DNA of 64,000 nucleotides from Chrysomallon squamiferum. Its lineage: Eukaryota; Animalia; Mollusca. This document shows, piece after piece, positions 41,480 to 52,850 of the stretch (position 1 is the stretch's first letter; every line of letters begins with the position of its first letter). The stretch covers positions 26,598,001-26,662,000 of the forward strand of contig CM022671.1 of the NCBI GenBank assembly GCA_012295275.1. The letters are read 5' to 3'. The notes beneath the pieces are model-generated. The model was not told the origin of the DNA and ran no database searches. It saw nothing but the letters and a program-made list of their open reading frames with translations. A program made the translations under genes and the position numbers.

Positions 41480-44400
41480 GTAGACATACAGATACTTTAA
41501 ATTCAAATTGCATGTGTGTATATGTGTGTGTGTGTGTTTGTGTATATATGTATATGTATGTATGTACATATGCATTTTTATTTGATTGCCTATGTATATA
41601 TGTCTGTTGAAGGTATATATATATGTATGAAACTATGTATTGATTATTTTATATTATTTTATAAAGATACACCCCTATTACAACACATTGTAAAGTGTAG
41701 GTATATGTCACACAAGTTGTGTTCTTAACCATAGACAGGTCAGGTACGTGTACATACATCAAACACATCAAATACATACATGTATGTACAGCTGGGAAAG
41801 GTTAACATTCTAAACGCTTCACAGTTATGCAAATCTTTCCTATTCTTTTCATAAAACATATATTACTCACATTGTTCTTTCCACTTTGGTGGAAATAAGC
41901 AATCAGATTATTTTCTTTATGTGCAAAATGAAAACAATCTGTATACCTTCTAGGCACTCAACATTGTTACACTTCTGGACACTGAGACAAAACAATGTAC
42001 AGATTATGTAAAATATACCTGCCTCTATTACATATATGTGTTGTGTGTGTGTTGGTTTGTGTATCTGTGTTTATATGTGTATATGTTATATACATATTGT
42101 ATTTATTTAATTATGTATTTGTAAAAGGTTCATGAGAATGGTAATTAAAAGTTTTATTTATAATATATAACACACACACACATATATATATATCATGATA
42201 TATATATATATATCATGTTTCATAATTATAAATTAAAAACAGTTACTTTTGGATTCTTCCTATAAAAAAAACAACAACATTTTTTTTGTGAAATGTAATC
42301 ATTATTTAAAAGAAGAAAAATTTCATGTTTAAAAATAGAAAAATTAACAAGAGAACAAAAGAAAGCTGTCTTGTACACCCATATTTTTATCACATAAATG
42401 ATAAAGTCTGTGTTTTCAATGTGTAATCTCTGCTTACATCTCACAAATACTTGATAAGCAAAAACTAGTTAAAAGAAATGGCCAAGGTGCACAACTTAAG
42501 AAAGTTTGTTATTGTAACAATATATAGTAACAGTTATTGTGTTTATGTATATATATATATATGGAATGTCATTAGAGCAATATCAGATATTATTGCATAA
42601 TATAAAAGGGGATATATTGCAGTCCCTAACAGGGATGTACTTATTTTTTTAAAAAGACATTTTTGTATTGGGTAAAAGGGAAATATTACATTTTGTAATG
42701 TGATATACAGCATTTTATAAAAGGAATAGATTATGTTATATAAAAGGGATATACTGCATTTTGTAAAAGAGTATAATACAACTTATAAAATAGAATATAT
42801 TTTGTAAAAGCATTTATTACATTTTGTAAAAGGGATATATTGTTTTGTAAAAATGGTTATACTGCATTTTGAAATGATAAAAATAGTTTATTTTGTGGAC
42901 ACAAGTTTATATTAACACTGAAATTGGTGGGTTTGGAAACATAGTATTTGTCATTTATCAATTGTCCATTAATGTCTGGACTAAAAGCTAATTATTTAAT
43001 CATATTAAAATTATAATAAGTTTTTAATATAATTTCCTCAACCTAAACTCCTGATTTCTTTGTTCAAATATACTTGTCATAAGTTGAGTACATATCAGTT
43101 TAGACATTCAGAACTAAAACCTTCAGTAATATCAGAATACTGTTCCTGTGAGGTAACTATTTATAATTGAGTAATACTATCATCGTTTGTTACAAAATAT
43201 CTATTGTTAATATACCTTTAAATATTGATACAATATCATAATTAAAAAAAGTCTTGAATGAAAGAAATTTTTTTTTTTTTTATACTGAGATCTTTCATCT
43301 TTTTATCAGAAATATTTAATTACCACTTTTCTTTCATCACTTCATAATTCTAAAAGATACTGTTATCATACTGGCTCTTGTTTGCATTTTTAATGATGAT
43401 GATAATTACCAAAAAAAAAAAAAAAAAAAAAAAAAAAATGAAGAAGAAGAAGAAAAAAAAAAAGAAAAAAAGAAAAATAAAATAAAATAAATTATAGTAA
43501 CAATAAATTAAAAAGAATTCAAAATAAAATGCAGAGCACAAAACCATCTGGGGGAATTTAGCCCAGACAATCCTTTTTCCACCTCAGTGCCATCTAGTGT
43601 AGCAGTATGATGGAAGTGACAACGAGGAATGTGCAGAAAACAGATTACTTGGACTAGGGTTTCTTTCTGTTGTGTTTGTGCACTTAATGACAAATATCGC
43701 AGCATGTGTCATAGACAGAGATCAGACAATGAAGCGGAGAGGATGTTTCAAGTGAGGAAACACGATAGACTGGATCTCTTCCAAACCTATCTGTCTTCAA
43801 CTCATCTACTGTTATCACAGTTCATGCTCCTCCTCGCTGATAAAGCATGTGTATTAAAGTAAAAGATTTCCTGATACCAGTTCACTTTTTTCTTCTTTTT
43901 TTTTAATTTTTTTTTTAAAACAAAACCTTTTTAATTATTTTCTAAAAAACACAAAAAAATCCAGCCACATTTATAACATGAAGCAGGTGATATTTTTATC
44001 CAGCTAAAATGTTTTTGTTTGAAGTTAAGATAAGAAAGGTTTAATGTAATGTAGCCAAACTTGTTTATGTTTAAAACTTCCATGCATTCCTCTTTTATCT
44101 CCTTCATTTCTTTCTTCTTTCTTTTTTTTACAAATATATTTTACTTTTAACATCTTTAATAAAGTTTAACAGAACTATAGTGATAATTCAGGAAAAAAAG
44201 AAAAAAGGAGAGGAAGTTTTAACTTGATAATGCAAATGCAGTTAACCTTTAACTGTAAACTACGTATTTTATGAGTTTATGCTACATTAACGCAATGTTC
44301 TTTTATTGCAAATTCATAACTTTAATGACTTTCAAAAAACTATCTAATGTCAGAATTCTTTGGAGCCAAAGATAGATTACCGCCAAACCTAACCAATAAC

Positions 44401-45768
44401 CAAATTTCTGCTAATGTACAATACAATGACTATTCATAAATACACCATCAGAGCTAATAAAAGAAAACCCGAAAAATGAAAATATATTACTCAGTTTGGA
44501 TCCACTTTACCAAAACTGTTTATAATAAAAGTTCTCAGCCATCCAGTTATTTGTCATCAATGAAAATCATCTCATACCAAAAAATTATTACCATTAAACA
44601 GTATTTTACATACATGGATATACACATGGACACACACACACACACAGACACATACACACACTTTTATTCACTTGCATTTTGATAAAATCACACAGTAAGA
44701 ACTAAGAACATCTAAACCTACCGTGGGGACACAGGTATGCTTCTGTGTAAAATGTTCTGGCCCAATGTAGCCATTTCCATGGAAACACTTTTCCACAGCT
44801 GTGTTGAACACACTGTTGATGTCCGCCATTTTGAACACACAGAGAGCAGAGGCTCCGCCAGGCTGGAACGAGGTCTTCACATTCTGTGAGAACACAGCAT
44901 AAAGATTTCCCTCCTCAACATCAACATCGTGCACGATGCTGTACATGTCACCGGTAATTCCTTCACAAACAAAAGACATTTCAACGTAGGACTGGAAATA
45001 GGTGTCATTCTGACAGATTCGACTTATTTTCGACACATATTTCGTTGAACCAGGTTTCTCCTTCTGGACGGAAATGAAGTACACAAAGCTGTCGTATGAA
45101 AACCCATCAACATATCTGATTTTGAAACTCATCCGGTACTTCTCGAGGACACTCTTCTTTGTGGCTCCATTCGCATCTCGGAACATGAACTCCAGGTTAT
45201 CGAGTCTGCGACTGCTCAAACTTGGAACCATGTCTCGGTACGCTTTTTTCCCATAGCCACTGTATGTGGCAGCGATGTACACCGCAGATTCGTGTTCTAT
45301 ACTAGGAGCTATGAACATTACACATGAAGAATCATCATTAGGAACTATCGGCCTCTGAATAAATTTAACCAAATTTGTTATATTTTTCAAAGAAACCTTT
45401 TGGCAGTGGCCATGGAACAGTGTAGAACATAAAATCAAAGAGTTTTCTTTTTCATCGATTACGATTCCTTTTGTTTTGCTTTCGGTCATCCTTTTCTCTA
45501 TCTCAGGTGGACATTCCATTACTGGCGGAGGACACTCGGGATTGTCTTCCCTTGGTCCAACAGAGGCACTCTGAATCAAAGAAAGTTCGGGTGAAAGTTT
45601 GTGCAGTCTGTTGGTAGCACCAAGAAATATGTTACCGGTTTTGGTGTGGACAACTAAATGCTGAAAGCGGTTATCTCCTGGGTCGCGGAATGTGTGCAGC
45701 ACTTTCATGGGAGACACCAGACACAACAGGGACAGCAACAAAACACATTCTTTTACCAGGGCAGCCAT
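20575..45768 (-). CDS. Plexin-ectodomain / MET-RON-family receptor tyrosine (pseudo)kinase (Met-like, HGF-receptor-like protein), 26 coding exons, about 1596 aa
   Basis: Hand-assembled exons 45768-44722, 36883-36695, 35915-35793, 35463-35363, 34559-34415, 33933-33762, 33125-32950, 32448-32326, 31597-31493, 29779-29680, 28975-28809, 28349-28198, 27835-27730, 27464-27328, 27085-26918, 26456-26363, 25929-25678, 25229-25074, 24553-24262, 23891-23772, 23335-23252, 22905-22721, 22236-22127, 21879-21717, 21471-21335, 20761-20575. All GT-AG, total 4791 nt, one uninterrupted frame: signal-Sema-3xPSI/6xIPT-TM-TyrK. Confidence 0.93.
20856..20965. mobile_element. Degenerate SINE fragment (Nin/Deu-domain-like), last intron of the Met-like gene
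   Basis: catgggtcactcttactgattagcagcatggga...ttcccatagacaggacaacaca resembles, from memory, the molluscan SINE core; related decayed copies at about 35080-35180 and, inverted, 58141-58170. Confidence 0.5.
21335..21471 (-). CDS. Met-like exon 25 (kinase C-lobe)
   Basis: tttag|[45 protein letters not shown]|gtaagt. Confidence 0.94.
21717..21879 (-). CDS. Met-like exon 24 (DYG, activation loop)
   Basis: atcag|[54 protein letters not shown]|gtgaga. Confidence 0.94.
22127..22236 (-). CDS. Met-like exon 23 (catalytic loop HRNLSARN)
   Basis: tgcag|[36 protein letters not shown]|gtacgt. Confidence 0.94.
22721..22905 (-). CDS. Met-like exon 22 (alphaC, hinge)
   Basis: atcag|[33 protein letters not shown]...[18 protein letters not shown]|gtatgt. 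Confidence 0.92.
23252..23335 (-). CDS. Met-like exon 21 (Gly loop, VALK)
   Basis: ttcag|[28 protein letters not shown]|gtaagt. Confidence 0.93.
23772..23891 (-). CDS. Met-like exon 20 (juxtamembrane, kinase start)
   Basis: ttcag|[39 protein letters not shown]|gtaaaa. Confidence 0.9.
24262..24553 (-). CDS. Met-like exon 19 (transmembrane and juxtamembrane)
   Basis: accag|[15 protein letters not shown]...[31 protein letters not shown]...DDK|gtaaag. Confidence 0.93.
25074..25229 (-). CDS. Met-like exon 18 (IPT6)
   Basis: cacag|[23 protein letters not shown]...ITCKPPEQP...AVVE|gtaagt. Confidence 0.9.
25678..25929 (-). CDS. Met-like exon 17 (IPT5 end, IPT6 start)
   Basis: aacag|[15 protein letters not shown]...YGFNMDGV...[10 protein letters not shown]...LSIQ|gtatgt. 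Confidence 0.92.
26363..26456 (-). CDS. Met-like exon 16 (IPT5)
   Basis: gacag|[31 protein letters not shown]|gtaagt. Confidence 0.9.
26918..27085 (-). CDS. Met-like exon 15 (IPT4 end, IPT5 start)
   Basis: ttcag|[11 protein letters not shown]...[19 protein letters not shown]|gtatga. Confidence 0.92.
27328..27464 (-). CDS. Met-like exon 14 (IPT4)
   Basis: tgcag|[45 protein letters not shown]|gtaagt. Confidence 0.92.
27730..27835 (-). CDS. Met-like exon 13 (IPT3 end)
   Basis: tccag|[35 protein letters not shown]|gtgagt. Confidence 0.9.
28198..28349 (-). CDS. Met-like exon 12 (IPT3)
   Basis: ttcag|[40 protein letters not shown]...|gtatgt. Confidence 0.92.
28809..28975 (-). CDS. Met-like exon 11 (PSI3)
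   Basis: gacag|[55 protein letters not shown]|gtaggt. Confidence 0.93.
29680..29779 (-). CDS. Met-like exon 10 (IPT2 end)
   Basis: tttag|[33 protein letters not shown]|gtaata. Confidence 0.85.
30860..31471. repeat. 44-45-bp minisatellite, about 14 copies
   Basis: Unit TTTAGAATGGATAATGGGATAGAATGGGTTGAGAAGATGTTACA in tandem, with a few truncated units. Confidence 0.95.
31493..31597 (-). CDS. Met-like exon 9 (IPT2)
   Basis: tgtag|[35 protein letters not shown]|gtaaaa. Confidence 0.87.
32326..32448 (-). CDS. Met-like exon 8 (IPT2 start)
   Basis: tgtag|[41 protein letters not shown]|gtcagt. Confidence 0.88.
32950..33125 (-). CDS. Met-like exon 7 (PSI2)
   Basis: ttcag|HQEVMLHF...[37 protein letters not shown]|gtgagc. 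Confidence 0.92.
33762..33933 (-). CDS. Met-like exon 6 (IPT1)
   Basis: cacag|[23 protein letters not shown]...[19 protein letters not shown]|gtgagt. Confidence 0.87.
34415..34559 (-). CDS. Met-like exon 5 (PSI1 end, IPT1 start)
   Basis: gcaag|[33 protein letters not shown]...GGQ|gtcagt. Confidence 0.88.
35080..35180. mobile_element. Second, more decayed copy of the same SINE-like core
   Basis: gttactctttcctgataagcaacaa...atcttcctacacac...gataccacaa aligns loosely with 20856-20965. Confidence 0.35.
35363..35463 (-). CDS. Met-like exon 4 (PSI1)
   Basis: tccag|[34 protein letters not shown]|gtaagt. Confidence 0.92.
35793..35915 (-). CDS. Met-like exon 3 (end of Sema)
   Basis: tttag|[41 protein letters not shown]|gtatca. 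Confidence 0.85.
36695..36883 (-). CDS. Met-like exon 2 (Sema)
   Basis: tgtag|SAAVNYCG...[14 protein letters not shown]|gtaact. Confidence 0.9.
39350..39409. repeat. (GA)n microsatellite
   Basis: Seen directly. Confidence 0.95.
44722..45768 (-). CDS. Met-like gene coding exon 1: signal peptide plus most of the Sema domain
   Basis: [20 protein letters not shown] signal; [90 protein letters not shown]; acceptor at 45790, donor ACG|gtaggt. Confidence 0.95.
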
Positions 45769-48112
45769 CTTGAATGTTGTTACCTTCTGCCTGAAGAAAA
45801 ATAAAATTCACATATAATTTTGTTGTTAAGCAAATTTAATGGCATTAACTTAAGAGAAAATAAAATGAAAATTAATGTCAAGTTATATATTTTATTCCAT
45901 TTTAAGAAACATTAATACTCATATAAAATGTTAAAATAAAAATGCAAACAGCGGTGGTATAAAATCTTTTCAGATTTCATAAAATGTAAAACCTCAAGTG
46001 CAGTCAAAGTATAATTAAAAATTGATTAAAAAAAAAAAAAAAAAAAAAATGAGAAGAAAAATAAAGTTTGATTGACTGCTCTGCACGCTACTTCAGAAAG
46101 GTAAAAGAAAAGAGGCAGCTTTGGATAAAATAAATAAAAACTGTAAAAGTGCATGTGATCTGGAAAATCAAAGTCTTTGTGCAGTCAAAATGTGTTGCCT
46201 AAAACCATTCAGCTACGATGGAATATGAACAGAAAGAAAACACGTGTCTTTGCATTTGTGCTTGTCAAAGAGCTGACATAAATTCTCATAATTCTTTGTA
46301 TGTGCCATTTTTAATAGCCTTGGAACTGAAATCCTTTTCTTTCCTTCTCTAAATTAAATTGCAAAGAGTTATAAAAATTCTGCACGAAATTAAACAATGC
46401 AACTGCTAATTCTGGTTTCAAAAAAGAATTTTCAACAGGCATAAAACAAATATACAAAAAATAAAAAAAGAAGAAAGAAAAGGAAATAAAGAAAAAGAAA
46501 AAGAAAGTAAAAAATAAAATTGAAAAAATAAAAATCCTTGCCTACCATATGGGCTTTTGAAAAAAGCAGCCCTAACCATGTGGAAAACTTGTGGTTACAA
46601 AGAAAATAGGCTTTCATGAGGAACCATAAAAACCATCAGCCATTTTAAGATCTTCATGAAATGCTAATGTCTTTTTCTTTTCACCAATGTCTGTGTAAAG
46701 ACTGCCCTGAAGAGACAAACTGCAGCATGGCAAGCTAGTTCACCTTGTTTATTCTCAGGCAAGTCAACATCTTACTCCCATATGCCAGCAATTCAGAGTC
46801 AAAACACTGGTAATGACTTACAAATAGTAGACAATGATTTGTGGAATGTATGGGCCAGTCTCAGAAGCAAGTTTAAGGTCAATTTGAGACTGAAGTATAA
46901 ACACTAAAAACAATAAATTCTAACAACCATGATGATTATTATGACAATGATGATGAAAATCATGATTTCAGTAGGACTCTTGGCTTTAATAAATATTTGC
47001 TTACAAACACTTAAACATATTTTCTGTGGAAAGTTGTTAAAGTTAATGGACACTGGATTTTTGATAACATTTTCTGTTTTTAAACATTTATTTTAAACAA
47101 TTATCAAATATGACACCAACAGCTGCTATTTAAAGGGACTGACTTTTGTCAGTAACAGCAGTGACTGTCATTTTATGTTAACATTAGCTGATATGATAGG
47201 TGTCATTATTGTTATTGTTGTTGTTGTTATTAATGCTGTTGTTGTAGTTACTTTAGAAAGTTCAATTTCAGAATTCATCTTTTCATTTCTTGATAATCTT
47301 GATAACAAAAGAAAGATAGAACAGATCAGTGATAACTACAATTGCTACTGATATAAAAAGTTTGTGGAAAAATTGTTATTATTAAACAAACAATAACAGC
47401 TAATAGTAGGTTGAATACACGCCAACTTATTTAGCAGTAACAACATGGTGATCACCCAAACATTGGAAATGTGAACAGCATAACAAAAACATGTCTGCCA
47501 GTGATTGGCAGACAAACAAAACATGGACATCTGATACAGTTAATCTTTTCTCTCTCTTACAAATGAGAAAAATATTAAGCAGATCACTTTACTTAAAACA
47601 AATACTGACTTTTTCCTTCTCAAATACCCCCAGTGATATTGAAAATATTATTCAGATTACAGATATAGATATTAATTTTTTTTTTTTTTTCAACCACATT
47701 CACTCTATGTGTATGTGTTTGTAAATATTATATGTTGAAACGTATCCATGCCTTCAATTTAAGATAAAGACAGATGTTACATTTTAAAAAAAACTTCAAA
47801 GATGTGATAAAACATATGACAAAGTTTGACAGACAAGAATGTGCAAAGTTTATAATGAGGAAATCTCTGATTGGCTGAGACAAATGACAGCTGTGGCCAG
47901 ATGTACTAGTTGGTAAACAACACATCAGAAACTGTAAAAATGTTTTCACAATGAACACAATGGAATTTTCACATTTTCATTTATGTTTTGAATGGTCACC
48001 ATTGGCTTAGAAAAATATCTTTTAAAACTAAGACACCTTTTGTTAATTGAAGTACCAGTCCAGATATAAATGGGATGGTCAAAAACGACAACACTAAAAA
48101 AAAAAAAAAAAA

Positions 48113-48146
<34 letters not shown>

Positions 48147-48532
48147 TATATAATAATAATAAAACATTTAAATTAAAAAATAAAGATTAGCCAGTAAATC
48201 TAATTCATTTAACTTTTTAACATTATAACAACTTTAAAAAAAAAATTCTAATTACAAAAAAACAAATATTCAAAAGAAATATTGTAAGTAATAAATTTAA
48301 AAAAAAAATAGATTCACTGAAGTTCAGTAAACATCCTCTTTAAAAAAAAATGAGGAAAAAGAAAAAATGTTTCTTGAACATCGTTAGAAAACTACATCAA
48401 AGGAAAGAGTACTGATGAAATAAATATGAAAGAGAAATATATAAAGATGAAGGATGAGCATAAACTAGATCAATAGTCAGAGCATTGCTTGAGGATTTGT
48501 GAGTACCAAATCAGTTTTCTTGTTGTTGCTCT

Positions 48533-48582
<50 letters not shown>
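48533..48582. repeat. (GAT)n microsatellite
   Basis: Seen directly. Confidence 0.95.
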
Positions 48583-48584
<2 letters not shown>

Positions 48585-49800
48585 GTTGTTGTTATTGTTT
48601 CTGCTTTTAATAATTTACATGTCTATCACTACCAACATACTAACAAAAAGCAGATTCACCTCATTTTGTTTGTTTATTTGTTTAAACTAATGTATCAGAA
48701 TATTAGAAAAACAAGATCAGTTTTCTGGTTGCATTTAGCAGTGAGTTCAAATGCCATATGGACTTTTTAAATGCAGAACCTCTCCAAACTGACCCATCAC
48801 CTTATACACACAAAGGTGATGATAAAAGGAAATGCTTGTTTCCACGCCACTGATACTGGGATGGAATAACCAGCCCCAGATGACTGCTGTCAGAATAAAA
48901 CCAAAAGATCTTTATCAACCAAACAGCATCAGCTTTAGCTTTGATTTTCATCCTGCAGTTTGTATGAATTCTTGACAAGGCAAATGCCTGGAATATTTTT
49001 AATTTTTTTGTATTTAGTATAACAGATATTTGAGTTTATTTACATAAACAGAATTTGTTTAAACATTGTCTGTCCTTATGTTGCAAGAAAGGGACGCCAA
49101 ACTAGATGCATGGATTTAAAAAAAACTAATAACAAGAATATTTCAGAAAGAGCCTATTAATATTTTACAGGAAAATAAAATTTTAAAGGAAAATAAAACT
49201 GCATATTCTGTTTGATAAGTCAAAAGAATTTCTTTTTATTTATTTATTATGAAAAAGACAGAAGTATAGTGAATATTTGACTTTAATTTACAGAAACAGA
49301 ATTTTACAATGCACTGTGTTATATTCATTTTTGAAATCTTTTTGACAAGACAAACTCTTTTTAAATTATCATAAAAATTAATAAGAATACTTAGTAAAAA
49401 TATGTCAAAAACAGATAAACTACATAACAAAAATGAAGTCTGTTTTTAAGAGTATAAATAAATAAATAAATAATGAAGTTCTTGTAACATCCTATCTAGA
49501 CCTACTCCTACTAAATGAAAGGAAGAGTTATTTTACAACACAATACATACCACAATGTATGATCTTTTACCTAAGAACATGATCTGAACAGGCAGTATAA
49601 AGATATGTGCAAACAGTTTTAAAAAAGAAGAAAATGCATCAATTTAGTGTGAATTGAGGTTAACAGTGTTTGACATGATCTTTGTTCATTCACCTCATTC
49701 AGTATGAATTACCCTCATTTCAGCCATCTCAACAAAAAGGAAAAAAAGAAGCGAAACAGATGGGTTTTTAACTATAGCTGCTTTCTCTGGGCTTATTTAC

Positions 49801-50421
49801 CTTTCTGTGCAGTCTGTGTTACAACACAGGTTCTTTCTTAATCATTATCAATATACACATCTGCCAAGAAGTAAATATTCAGAGAGACACTGAAAGTGGC
49901 AAACAATAGTTAACAAAGGCAAAATCTTTTTTTTTTTTCTTTTTTTTTCAAAAAAAAATATGTTAAACACAGAATTAACATCTCTGAACTTCTAAACCAA
50001 AAAAAGGAAAGAAATTATGAAGTTAAAAAAAAAAACAGAATAACAAACTGCAGACTTGTCATTTTGACAAGAACATGACACAGGAAAACTGCTTTAAATT
50101 GTGGAAGAAGAAGAAAAAATTTCTGTTGAATTGGATCGACCAGGCTTTAAAATTTTAAATTGTAAGAGACAGGCAAAATAATATACTAGGTTGTGGAACA
50201 TGTTACAGTGCGTCAGTGTGTATGTGCGAGTATGGAGTTTGTCAGTTGGACTGTGTGTGTGTCTGCATGTGACTGAAATCCGCTGCTGTTCATCTAAATA
50301 AAGCAACTCGCGTAATTGCTGTACTAAATCAAATGTCGAAATTAACACAAGCCTAATATTTTATACCTAACAGACAAACCATCAGACTGACATTTTTCCC
50401 TTCCTACCTCATCATTTTATA
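49801..50421 (-). promoter_or_regulatory. Candidate proximal alternative promoter and first exon of the Met-like gene
   Basis: Minus strand: TATAAAA at 50421-50415, Inr TCAGTC with +1 A at 50388, donor AAG|GTAAAT at 49801. Confidence 0.35.
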
Positions 50422-52699
50422 ATTCTGTTAGCAATCTGTCACAGGCAAGAAAACCATTTTTTTTTCTTCTTCTTCTTCAGATCCTCATAACCATTTCACA
50501 TTATTTATTACATTTTTAAAATTACTATTGTTTTCTTTATTACCAAAAAAAAAAAAAAAGAACAAAAAGAACAAATAAATAAAGCTTAAAAAATACAGAA
50601 ACACAAGAGCAAGGAAAAGAAAAGAATAAAAAAATATTTAAAAATTGTATAACAGAGGTAAGTTAAAAAAATATATATATCTCATCAACAAATAAATAAA
50701 AATTAAAAATTAAAATAATAATAATAATAAAATAAATAAATAAATATTAAACAAATGACCAGAAAACAATCACAGCATAATCTGCCTATTATCACGCAGA
50801 TCTCTCCCCCATGGACAAACTCATCTCTTCCTGGTTGACCTATAACCCTGAGACTGGGCAAAAAAGCTGGCGTGTATGGGTGAAATGAGAAACCCAGGGA
50901 ACAAAGGACAAAGATGGCAAAAGCTAGTGATATTGCAGAATTCTTCATCAACCTGTTTGAGACATGACAGAACTCACAATGCAAAATAAAGCCTGTCTGT
51001 TAAGGGAAATAAAAGAGGTGAGCCGGCCTCTAGCGCTGCAGAAAGGAATGAATTATCTAGAGAGAATGCAGGAAATCTTTTTAGTGTGACACAATCTTTG
51101 TTGAGCAGATGTCACACTGTTCTGGATTTAACAAGATTATGAAATGAAACGTGACTAACAGAATCTGAAAAAAAAAACATATATTAAAAAAAATAAAAAT
51201 AATAATAATCAAATAAATAAATTCGAAAAAAAAAGGAAATAGAAAGCTATTTGTAAGAATTTAGATGATGATGATGATGATGATAATAATAATAGTAATA
51301 GTAATAATAATAATATTAATAATAATAACAGTAATAACAATAAAAAAGAAAGAAAAAGAAAAATAACGACAAAGAATAATCAGTTATTTCACAACATCAA
51401 AGAGATGGGAAAACATACTTATATAGTTAATTTTCCTATTGATTAGAGATTTTCCTTCCCATAAACCTTTTCATGATCTGTGATAAGCTTTCTGTGAAGC
51501 ATTAGCTGGATTGGGTAATAACCAACAGCTGAAATGAAGAGAGTTCGTGACCAATCATGAGTCATGCAAGAACTGTAACCACTGAGCTACAGAATAGTCT
51601 CCCAGTATAAGCAAATACTCCAACATAACCACGCATACATAACCACACATACATACACACAACTATTTCCAATCTGAAATTTCTAATTAATAAAGAAAAT
51701 TATGTATGCACCTTAAACAAACAGAAACCTATATTAGTCACGGTTATCAGAACACAAAATGATTTTTTTTTTAGATATTTATGTACCTCTGACCAAACTG
51801 TACAATATTTAGAAAAACAAAACTAAAAATATAATTTTTTTTTAAACTGGTATAAGTAAAAAGAATTTACTTAATTTGTCTTCTTTTTTTTTTTTTTTTA
51901 AAAAATAATAATAATTAAAAAAAAAAAAATGTTATGTAAGAAACATAGAAATGTCTATATAATGAAAAAAAAAAAAAAACAACCCAAAAAACTGCTTATT
52001 TCAAAATTAATACTTACTTTTAAAAACAACCATATCCTTTCACTCCAATCTATCTGAACTATTAAAAAAAAAATATTTATTTTAATTTTTATTATTATTA
52101 TTATTATGAATTAGTAGTATTACTATAATTATTTTATTATTATTTTTGGACAGGCAGGCTACTGGTATGTAAAACAAAAAGAAAACTAAAACCCATAAAC
52201 AAGAAAACCCTTCAAATGAATTTATTGTTACAGATGCTTTTGAGAAGTGCACATACTATAATGTGATACACATCCTATCACAGTGACAGATTCCAGACAG
52301 AGAAATCACAAACAGAAAACTCTAAATCATTGGTAGTGCCAGATTCAGTTTAACCCAGTCATTTATACTGAGTGTCAGCTTACATTCAGTGGTGAAAAAA
52401 AACACAACCAGAAAGAATAAATCAGAGACAAAGGTGGCAGAAATTTGTGAAGAATCTGTGTTGAAATTAACTTTGCAGGCTGCAGGTATGTAGCTGATAA
52501 TTACAGGTAAGCTCTGTCACAGGATCATGTATCAAAAAAAAAATATATATATATATGATAAAGAAAAAAGAAATTTAAAAAAGAAACTAAAGGATTTCTG
52601 TCTGACCAGATTATTCTTAAGAAAATATAAATTTAAAAAAAACAGGTACACCAACACATGCACATTCACACTTATATATACATATATTCTCTCAATCTC

Positions 52700-52850
<151 letters not shown>

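Noticed and set aside
23772-45768. A canonical plexin plus a separate downstream RTK gene
   Set aside because: The TM exon splices in phase into the kinase exons; no RasGAP/RBD exons and no second signal peptide or TM were found.
51082-51119. Hairpin AGTGTGACA...TGTCACACT as a pre-miRNA
   Set aside because: The stem is too short (about 38 nt in total) for a Drosha/Dicer substrate.
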